From Geobacter sulfurreducens PCA (GTDB taxonomy: Bacteria > Desulfobacterota > Desulfuromonadia > Geobacterales > Geobacteraceae), in the NCBI RefSeq assembly GCF_000007985.2, contig NC_002939.5, positions 3,750,001 to 3,782,000 of the forward strand: DNA of 32,000 nt, given 5' to 3'. Each line of letters begins with the position of its first letter. Position 1 is the first letter of the stretch. The translations under genes and the position numbers were made by a program. The notes beneath the pieces are model-generated. The model was not told where the DNA came from. It searched no databases and was given only the letters and a program-made list of their open reading frames with translations. Shown here one piece after another: positions 25,519-32,000 of this stretch.

Positions 25519-27005
25519 GGTGCCACCCCCGTCAGCAGCGCCACCGGCACCTTGAGGATATCCAGGAGCGGTTTCGGATGGACCCCGATGTAGAGATCGA
25601 TCACGGCCAGTACGGCCAGCACCGCCCCCTCACGCAGGGTCAGGTCGGGCAGGCGCAGTGGCCGCCGTTCCGTCTGGAAGAGAACCTCCTGCACGAGTCG
25701 CACGGTGTAGATAAGCGGCAGCACGATACCGAGGAAGGCGATTGCCCCGGCTGCTGGCGTGATCCGGAAGACCCCCACCAGGATCAGGAACTCTCCCACG
25801 AAGTTGTTGAGCCCCGGCAGCCCCGCCGAAGCCATGGCGAAGAAGAGAAAGAAAAAGGAGAAGGCCGGCATGGTTCCCCAGAGTCCGCCGAACGCCGACA
25901 CCTCCCGGGTGTGGGCGCGCTCGTCCAGCATCCCCACCAGGGCGAAGAGAGCGGCGGTGGTGAAGCCGTGGTTCACCATCTGGAGAATGGAGCCCGACAG
26001 GGCCACCGGCCCCCAGGAGGCGATCCCGAGGGCGACGAACCCCATGTGCCCAACGCTGGAGTAGGCCACCATCCGTTTCATGTCCTCCTGGGCGTAGGCG
26101 ATCCACGAGGCATAGAGGATGCCGATGATTGCCAGCACGTAGAGGAGCGGCGTGAATCCTTTGGCCGCCTCGGGAAAGAGCGGGTAGCCGAAGCGGACCA
26201 GACCGTAGGCCCCGGTCTTCAGGAGCAGCGCCGCCAGGATCACGCTGCCGGCCGTGGGGGCGTCGGTGTGGGCGTCCGGGAGCCAGGTGTGGACCGGAAA
26301 CAGCGGAAACTTGATGGCGAAGGCCAGCAGAAACGCCCCGAAAAGCCACGGAGCCGCGGCATGGGCAATGGGTGACTTGGCCAGGAGCGGCAGGGCAAAG
26401 GTGAAGGTGCCGGTGGCATCGCCATGAATGAGGTAGACCCCGATGATGGCCAGCAGCATCAGGAGCGAGCCCACCAGGGTATAAAGGAAGAACTTAACTG
26501 CCGAGTAGATGCGTCGGCCGTGGCCCCAGATGCCGATCAAGAAGAACATGGGGATCAGCATCACTTCCCAGAAGAGGTAGAAGAGGACCAGGTCAAGGGA
26601 AAGGAACACTCCCATGATCCCGCTCTCCATGAGAAGGATCAGGAAGTAGTGGAGCGTGGCCCGCTCGGTGATGCCGCGCCACGAAACGAGCATCGCCACC
26701 ACCGTGGTGAAGGCGGTGAGGGCCACCATGAGGAGGCTGATCCCGTCCATCCCCAGCAGGTACCGGATGCCGAACCGCTCGATCCAGGCGGCATCTTCCC
26801 AGAGAAAATACCCTGCTGCGGCACCCGGCGCCGGCGGCATTCCCGGCGCGGCGACGAGGACCCAGCCGGCCAGGGCCAGTTCCGCCACGGCAATCCCCAG
26901 GGCGAGGGGGCGGGCCCACTCCGGACGGTTCCAGACCGGCGCCAGGCAGAAGCACCCCGCCAGGGGGAGGAGGATCAAGATGGTGAGGATGGAGTAGGAA
27001 GTCAT
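25515..27005 (-). CDS. nuoM: NADH-quinone oxidoreductase subunit M
   Basis: WLPDAHTDAPTAGSVILA motif. Start placed at ATG 27005 (MTSYSILTIL, SD GGGGAGGA), overlapping the nuoL stop by 1 nt. The ORF-track start at 27089 is an extension. Confidence 0.95.
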   Translation of the reverse strand: MTSYSILTILILLPLAGCFCLAPVWNRPEWARPLALGIAVAELALAGWVLVAAPGMPPAPGAAAGYFLWEDAAWIERFGIRYLLGMDGISLLMVALTAFTTVVAMLVSWRGITERATLHYFLILLMESGIMGVFLSLDLVLFYLFWEVMLIPMFFLIGIWGHGRRIYSAVKFFLYTLVGSLLMLLAIIGVYLIHGDATGTFTFALPLLAKSPIAHAAAPWLFGAFLLAFAIKFPLFPVHTWLPDAHTDAPTAGSVILAALLLKTGAYGLVRFGYPLFPEAAKGFTPLLYVLAIIGILYASWIAYAQEDMKRMVAYSSVGHMGFVALGIASWGPVALSGSILQMVNHGFTTAALFALVGMLDERAHTREVSAFGGLWGTMPAFSFFFLFFAMASAGLPGLNNFVGEFLILVGVFRITPAAGAIAFLGIVLPLIYTVRLVQEVLFQTERRPLRLPDLTLREGAVLAVLAVIDLYIGVHPKPLLDILKVPVALLTGVAP

Positions 27006-28879
27006 CAGATCCTCCCCCATGCGAGCCACCCCAGAACCAGCGCCAGCCCCGCCGCGAAGCTGAGGAGATAAACCGACACCCGTCCGCAACTCCAGCGGCC
27101 CAGCCCTTGTCCGGCCGTACCGATGCCGTCGGCCAGGCGGTCGAGAGAGACGTCGATCACCCCTTCGTCCACCCGGCGCCAGAGGAAGGAGGCGATGGCC
27201 TCGTAGGGGCGGATGAAGAGGGCGCGGTAGAGATGGTCCGCGTACCAGCCGTTCAGGAGGAAAGCGGTGATCCCCCTGGGCTCGGCTGCGGCTGCTTCGA
27301 TCCGGGCCGCGCGGCGGATGCCGCCGTAGCGGTAGTGGGCGATTGCGAGTCCGGTCAGGGCCACGAGGGCGGCGATTGCCTCCACGGCCATCTCTTCCCC
27401 GTGGGAAAGATGGGCAGCCCCTTCGGTGAGGGTCGTGGCCAGGAAGCGGCCGAGCCAGCCGTCGGCCAGGAACGCGGGGAGGTGGATAAACCCACCGATG
27501 AGCCCCAGGATCGCCAGGGGAAGGAGCATCAGGTCCATGATCCGCGGATTACGGTGAACCTCCGTTGCCCCCTCGCCGCCGAAGACGAGGTAGACCATTC
27601 GGAAGGTGTAGAAGGAGGTGAGGAGCGCCGCCATGAGCCCCAAACCGAAGAGCCCGCCGTAGAGCGCGCCCCCCTTGGCCCAGACCGCGGCCAGGATTGC
27701 GTCCTTGCTGAAGAAGCCGCCGGTGGGGGGAAGTCCCGCCAGGCAGGCGGCACCGGCCATGAAGGCCCAGAAGGTGACCGGCATCTTCCGGCGCAGGCCC
27801 CCCATCCTGAAGAGGTCCTGCTCGTGATGGAGGGCCGCGATGACGCAGCCGGCCCCGAGGAACAGAAGCGCCTTGAAGAAGGCATGCACCAGCAGGTGGA
27901 AGGTGGCGGCAGTGACGGCGCCGGCCCCGACGCCGAGCATCATGTAGCCGATCTGGCTGATGGTGGAGTAGGCCAGCACCCGCTTGAAGTCCCGCTGGAC
28001 CAAGGCGCAGGTGGCGCCGTAGAAGGCGGTGACGGCACCGGTTATGGCCACGGCGGCCATGACCACGGGGGCCGCGCTGAAGAGGGGCGACATCCGGGCC
28101 ATGAGGTAGACCCCGGCGGTGACCATAGTGGCGGCGTGGATCAGTGCCGAGACCGGCGTTGGGCCGGCCATGGCGTCGGGGAGCCAGACCATGAGGGGTA
28201 CCTGGGCCGACTTCCCCATGGCCCCGGCCAGAAACAAAAGCCCCAGCGCCGTGACGACCCCCACGGGCATCAGAAATCCCATCTGGTTGATCTGGCTGAT
28301 GGATTCGGTCTGGAAAAGCTGGAAGCACCAGACAATGCCGATGCCGAAGGCCGTATCGCCGATTCGGGTGGTGATGAAGGCCTTGCGGCCGGCAGTGGCG
28401 TTTTTCGGGTCGGAATACCAGAAACCGATGAGGGCGTAGGAGCAGAAGCCGACCCCTTCCCACCCCAGGTAGAGAAGCGGCAGGTTCTCCGCCAGGATCA
28501 GGACCAGCATGGCAAAGACGAAGAGATTCAGCAGCGCGAAGAACCGGGCCGGGCTCCCCTCCCCCGCCATATATCCCACGGCGTAGAGGTGGATCAGGCC
28601 GCAGACGAAGGTGATCATCACCGTCATCACTAGGGAGAGGGGATCCAGGTAGAGGGCGATGGGGGCGGTGAAGTCGAAGTCCGCCAGCCAAGTGGCCAGC
28701 AGCACGGTCTCCGGCGCTTCATAGGCCGCGAAGGCCAGGGCCGCGCAGACGAAGGCCCCCCAGACCGCGGCACAGGCCAGCGCCTCGCACAGGCGGCGCG
28801 GGAGCTTCCGCCCCACCAGCGCGTTGAGGGTGCCGCCCAGCAGCGGCAGCAGGAGTATGAGGGCGAGATAGAGCTTCAT
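27005..28879 (-). CDS. nuoL: NADH-quinone oxidoreductase subunit L
   Basis: 624 aa. SALIHAATMVTAGVYL motif and a long C-terminal lateral-helix region. The ATG overlaps the nuoK stop (ATGA). Confidence 0.95.
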   Translation of the reverse strand: MKLYLALILLLPLLGGTLNALVGRKLPRRLCEALACAAVWGAFVCAALAFAAYEAPETVLLATWLADFDFTAPIALYLDPLSLVMTVMITFVCGLIHLYAVGYMAGEGSPARFFALLNLFVFAMLVLILAENLPLLYLGWEGVGFCSYALIGFWYSDPKNATAGRKAFITTRIGDTAFGIGIVWCFQLFQTESISQINQMGFLMPVGVVTALGLLFLAGAMGKSAQVPLMVWLPDAMAGPTPVSALIHAATMVTAGVYLMARMSPLFSAAPVVMAAVAITGAVTAFYGATCALVQRDFKRVLAYSTISQIGYMMLGVGAGAVTAATFHLLVHAFFKALLFLGAGCVIAALHHEQDLFRMGGLRRKMPVTFWAFMAGAACLAGLPPTGGFFSKDAILAAVWAKGGALYGGLFGLGLMAALLTSFYTFRMVYLVFGGEGATEVHRNPRIMDLMLLPLAILGLIGGFIHLPAFLADGWLGRFLATTLTEGAAHLSHGEEMAVEAIAALVALTGLAIAHYRYGGIRRAARIEAAAAEPRGITAFLLNGWYADHLYRALFIRPYEAIASFLWRRVDEGVIDVSLDRLADGIGTAGQGLGRWSCGRVSVYLLSFAAGLALVLGWLAWGRI

Positions 28880-29184
28880 CCCTGCAGCTCCCTGAACTCA
28901 TCCGCATCAACCGTCTTCTTCCGCCGGTGGAGGTAGACCACCATGGCCAGGGCCAGGGACACCTCGGCCGAGGTGAGGGCCATGATGATGAGGGAGAAGA
29001 CCTGTCCGTCCGCCATTCCCCAGCGGGCCGCGCCCCCCACGAAGGCGAGCATGGCGGCGTTGAGCATCACTTCGATACCGATGAGGAGCATGATCAGGTT
29101 CATCCGCCAGACCAGGACGCAAACAAGCCCCAGGGCGAAGAGAAGGCCGGCAAGGATCAGAACGTGCTCGAAGGGGACGATCAC
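28876..29184 (-). CDS. nuoK: NADH-quinone oxidoreductase subunit K
   Basis: 102 aa, three TM segments, LLIGIEVMLNA motif. GTG start overlaps the nuoJ stop. Confidence 0.95.
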   Translation of the reverse strand: MIVPFEHVLILAGLLFALGLVCVLVWRMNLIMLLIGIEVMLNAAMLAFVGGAARWGMADGQVFSLIIMALTSAEVSLALAMVVYLHRRKKTVDADEFRELQG

Positions 29185-29672
29185 CGCTCCCTCCTTTTGG
29201 CCAGGTAGAGCGCCCCCACCAGTGCAAAGAGAAGCTGCATGGAGATCACCTCAACTGCTACCCCGTATTTCCCGAAGAGCGTCAGGGCGAATTCCTTCAC
29301 GCCGATGGCCCGGCCCGCCGCCGATGCCGCCTGGGCGCGAGAGATCAGAAGCGTCAGGGCCGACGCCAGGGTTACGGCGCCGAGGGCCAGGGCGGGCCAC
29401 CAGTCGCGGATGCCGGGACGCCTGGCCCGCTCCGGGTGCCCCAGGTCCAACATCATGATCACGAACAGGAAGAGGACCATGATAGCGCCGGCATAGATGA
29501 TCACCTCGAACACCGCCACTACCGGCGCGCCGAGCGTGAAGAAGATCACCGCCAGGGCGAAAAAGGAGGTCACGAGGTAGACGATGGCGTGCACCGCGTG
29601 CTTCTCGGTGATGGCAAGAACCGTGGCGATGACGGTCACGGCGGCAAGGATGTAGAAAAGAGCCTGTTCCAT
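29181..29672 (-). CDS. nuoJ: NADH-quinone oxidoreductase subunit J
   Basis: 163 aa. Typical NuoJ N-terminus (FYILAAVTVIATVLAI), with position and size as expected. Confidence 0.9.
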   Translation of the reverse strand: MEQALFYILAAVTVIATVLAITEKHAVHAIVYLVTSFFALAVIFFTLGAPVVAVFEVIIYAGAIMVLFLFVIMMLDLGHPERARRPGIRDWWPALALGAVTLASALTLLISRAQAASAAGRAIGVKEFALTLFGKYGVAVEVISMQLLFALVGALYLAKRRER

Positions 29673-29676
29673 ACCG

Positions 29677-30207
29677 TTAGGGCATCAGTCCCCGCACGTC
29701 CACCGGCTCTTCCTCGCATTCGCCAGCCCCGCGGGGCTGGGCGACGCCGATGCCGGCGTGACGGTAGAAGTTGTACCCGGCATCCTTGCCGCAGCCATCG
29801 ATGAGGAGGTCCTCCTTCTCGTAGACCAGTTCCATGATGTCCCGTTCGCAGATCTCGTAGTCGGGGGTCATCTGGATGGCCAGGGTCGGACAGGCCTCGG
29901 CGCAGAGGCCGCAGAAGATGCAGCGGGAGAAGTTGATCCGGAACCACCGGGCGTAGCGGCGGCCCTCCTCCCCTTCGGCCGCTTCCATGGAGATGCAGTC
30001 AACGGGACAGGCCGCGGAGCAGAGGTAGCAGGCCACGCAGCGCTCTCCGCCGTCCGGGTCGCGGGTGAGAACGATCCGCGCCCGGTAGCGGGGCGCCGGC
30101 GTCCGCTTCACCTCCGGGTACTCCACGGTCACCGGCCTGCGGAAGATATGCTTCCAGGTCACGAAAAGCCCGGTGGCGATGGCTTTGAAATCGGTCAGTA
30201 TCGGCAT
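29677..30207 (-). CDS. nuoI: NADH-quinone oxidoreductase subunit I (2x[4Fe-4S] ferredoxin-type)
   Basis: CVACYLCSAACP and CIFCGLCAEACP. Closely E. coli-like context (IVLTRDPDGGERC, FRINFSRCIFCG, VYEKEDLLI). Confidence 0.95.
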   Translation of the reverse strand: MPILTDFKAIATGLFVTWKHIFRRPVTVEYPEVKRTPAPRYRARIVLTRDPDGGERCVACYLCSAACPVDCISMEAAEGEEGRRYARWFRINFSRCIFCGLCAEACPTLAIQMTPDYEICERDIMELVYEKEDLLIDGCGKDAGYNFYRHAGIGVAQPRGAGECEEEPVDVRGLMP

Positions 30208-30218
30208 GGTTCACGGGA

Positions 30219-30248
30219 GTGGAGGGGCTCCGGCCAGAGCCCCTCCAC
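30219..30248 (-). other. Perfect 12-bp stem hairpin in the ank-nuoI spacer, flanked by GGTTCACG direct repeats
   Basis: GTGGAGGGGCTC (30219-30230), CGGCCA loop, GAGCCCCTCCAC (30237-30248). GGTTCACG occurs at 30208-30215 and 30250-30257. No U-tract. Confidence 0.7.
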
Positions 30249-30263
30249 CGGTTCACGCGGCGG

Positions 30264-30689
30264 TCAGGCGGTGCCCGACTTGGCCCGTTGCGCCTTTTTG
30301 ATCAGGTCCAGAGTGTCAGGGTGTCCGTTCGCTTCCGCATAGGTCAGGGCCGTATTGCCCAGCTTCATCTTGGCCAGGGGGTCGGCGCCGGCCGTCAGCA
30401 GGTCTTCCACGCATTCGTTGCATCCGTAATTCGCAGCCAGCATGAGGGGGGTGTGCCATTCGAGATCCCGCGGGTCCACCTGCGCGCCCGCCTCAAGCAG
30501 CGCCCGGATGGCTGCAGCCTGACCGTTGGCCGCCGCGTAGTGGAGGGCGGTCTTGCCCTTCTCGCTTTTGGCCTCCAGGTCGGCGCCACGGCCGATGAGA
30601 TCCCTGATCGCATCCACATCCCCTGCCTTCGCCGCGTCGATGAGCGGCGTATGCCCGTGCTTGTCCTTGGTATTCACGTTCTCAACCAT
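30264..30689 (-). CDS. Ankyrin-repeat protein (4 ANK repeats), no signal peptide
   Basis: Repeats of G.TPL..AA..G......LL..GA (HGHTPLIDAAKAGDVDAIRDLIGRGADL, GKTALHYAAANGQAAAIRALLEAGAQV, WHTPLMLAANYG, GNTALTYAEANGH). SD AAGGAGG before ATG 30689. Confidence 0.9.
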   Translation of the reverse strand: MVENVNTKDKHGHTPLIDAAKAGDVDAIRDLIGRGADLEAKSEKGKTALHYAAANGQAAAIRALLEAGAQVDPRDLEWHTPLMLAANYGCNECVEDLLTAGADPLAKMKLGNTALTYAEANGHPDTLDLIKKAQRAKSGTA

Positions 30690-30830
30690 GACACGTCCTC
30701 CTTTGCTTCGTTGCGTGTTGGATTCTCTTCTGCGGAACGATGACCAGTGTGCGTGTGTCAGACCGTGATGCGGTTGTGCGTGGTGCGAACGTTCTCTCCC
30801 CCCTTTCTCTCGATGGTGTTTGTCTCTCCG

Positions 30831-31820
30831 TTACACGAACATCAGTACCCATCCGGTGATCAGGATGTTGAGCAGTGCCAGCGGCGTCAGCACCTTCCAT
30901 CCCAGGTGCATGAGCTGATCGTAGCGCAACCGCGGCAGGGTTCCCCGCATCCAGATGAAAAAGAAGGCGAAGGCGAGAGTCTTCACCGAAAACCAGACGA
31001 AGGGAGGCAGCAGCGGCCCCTGCCAGCCGCCCAGAAAGAAGGTGGTTGCCAAACCGCCGAGGACGATGATGTTGATGTACTCGCCCACGAAAAAGAGGCC
31101 GAAACGCATCCCCGAGTACTCGGTGTGGAACCCCGCCACCAGCTCTCCCTCCGCCTCGGGGATGTCAAAGGGTATCCGCTTGCATTCGGCCGCGATGCTG
31201 ATGAGAAAGATCAGAAAGGCCACGGGCTGGTAGGCGATGAACCAGACCCCCTCCTGGGCCGCCACGATGTCCGACAGCCGGAGCGACCCGGCCAGCATCA
31301 CCGTGGGCACCAGGGACAGCCCCATGGAGAGCTCGTAGGAGATGAGCTGGGCCAGCCCCCGGATGGAGCCCAGGAGCGCGTACTTGGAGTTGGACGCCCA
31401 TCCCCCCAGGGCCACACCATACACCGCAATGGAGGAGAGTGCCAAGAAGAAGAGGAGCCCCACGTTCAGATCCGCCACCTGAAGCGGGATCTCACGGCCG
31501 AGAATCGTGACCGGCGCCCCGAAGGGGATCACCGCAAAGGTGAGGATCGCCGGGACGGCAGCCATGGCCGGGGCCAGATAGAAGAGCCACTTGTCGGCGC
31601 CGGCGGGGCGGAAATCCTCCTTGGTCAGGAGTTTGATGAGATCCGCCAGGGGCTGCAGCAGGCCGAAGGGGCCCACCCGGTTCGGCCCCTTGCGGTCCTG
31701 GATCCAGGCCAGGAGCCGCCGCTCGGCGAAGACCAGGTAGGCCGCCAGGGTGAGCACCACGAAGAAGATCAGGGCGATCTTGGCCCCGTGGATGGCTATG
31801 TCGAGAGCAACTCCGTTCAT
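30831..31820 (-). CDS. nuoH: NADH-quinone oxidoreductase subunit H
   Basis: 329 aa. [22 protein letters not shown] motif, 8 TM segments. The ATG overlaps the stop of the upstream kinase gene. Confidence 0.95.
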   Translation of the reverse strand: MNGVALDIAIHGAKIALIFFVVLTLAAYLVFAERRLLAWIQDRKGPNRVGPFGLLQPLADLIKLLTKEDFRPAGADKWLFYLAPAMAAVPAILTFAVIPFGAPVTILGREIPLQVADLNVGLLFFLALSSIAVYGVALGGWASNSKYALLGSIRGLAQLISYELSMGLSLVPTVMLAGSLRLSDIVAAQEGVWFIAYQPVAFLIFLISIAAECKRIPFDIPEAEGELVAGFHTEYSGMRFGLFFVGEYINIIVLGGLATTFFLGGWQGPLLPPFVWFSVKTLAFAFFFIWMRGTLPRLRYDQLMHLGWKVLTPLALLNILITGWVLMFV

Positions 31821-32000
31821 GACTCCCCGCCGGGTTCCGGCAACGTGAAGTAAAACGTGGCGCCGGCGCCGGGCGTTCCCTCCGCCCAGATGCGCCCTCC
31901 ATGGCGGTCGATGATCCGCTTGACCGTGGCAAGGCCGATGCCGGTCCCCTCGAACGCGCGCGCGTCGTGGAGGCGCTCGAAGGGCTGAAAAAGCTTGTCC
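31817..32000 (-). CDS. Sensor histidine kinase, C-terminal HATPase_c end only (rest lies outside the window)
   Basis: Not in the ORF track because there is no start in the window. The minus-strand frame from 31999 translates [60 protein letters not shown]-stop (G2 box GTGIGLA, GATFxFTLP). TGA at 31819-31817. Confidence 0.85.
   Translation of the reverse strand, partial: DKLFQPFERLHDARAFEGTGIGLATVKRIIDRHGGRIWAEGTPGAGATFYFTLPEPGGES

Noticed and set aside
1-32000. Search for tRNA/rRNA genes, CRISPR-like regularly spaced repeats, IS inverted terminal repeats, integrase/transposase genes and toxin-antitoxin pairs.
   Set aside because: I found no T-loop/GTTCGAATC-type tRNA signature outside coding sequence, no regularly spaced repeats, and no recombinase-like ORF. 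Absence is judged by eye only and should be confirmed with tRNAscan-SE, Infernal, CRISPR finders and ISfinder searches.

Overview
High-GC bacterial chromosomal segment. I recognise 29 protein-coding genes, two of them cut by the window edges. I see no rRNA, tRNA, CRISPR array, transposase or integrase. The gene content suggests a Geobacter-type Desulfuromonadota genome, but that is inference only: NtrC-type sigma-54 activator, PAS/HATPase kinases, a periplasmic c-heme DUF3365 protein, E. coli-like nuo genes, and GC-rich third positions that create long spurious antisense ORFs. Left to right: threonine aldolase (5' partial); a sigma-54-promoted pair of paralogous small membrane proteins; UvrD/PcrA helicase; a LolA-like lipoprotein; an orphan secreted CARDB-tailed protein; a strikingly AT-rich intergenic island; an operon of B12-radical-SAM enzyme, PagL-like outer-membrane protein and Tat-exported carotenoid-oxygenase-family enzyme; a convergent sensor kinase / sigma-54 response regulator pair; LpxL-family acyltransferase; tkt-DTW-crp operon; MerA-core-like flavoprotein plus a repeat protein; NlpC/P60 peptidase; and a structured 415-bp intergenic region. 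The right end holds the distal part of a complex I operon (nuoH-[ankyrin]-nuoIJKLMN-DUF3365 heme protein-DUF3147). Its nuoH start codon overlaps the stop codon of a histidine kinase gene rather than following nuoG. Most of the window is housekeeping. The items I would look at again are the rSAM/PagL/oxygenase operon, the atypical nuo cluster (kinase upstream, ankyrin inside, heme protein at the end), the sigma-54 small-protein pair, the orphan secreted protein with its AT-rich island, and the repeat architecture at 22.8-23.1 kb. All family calls come from motifs read by eye; no searches were run, and several start codons are my own choice among alternatives.
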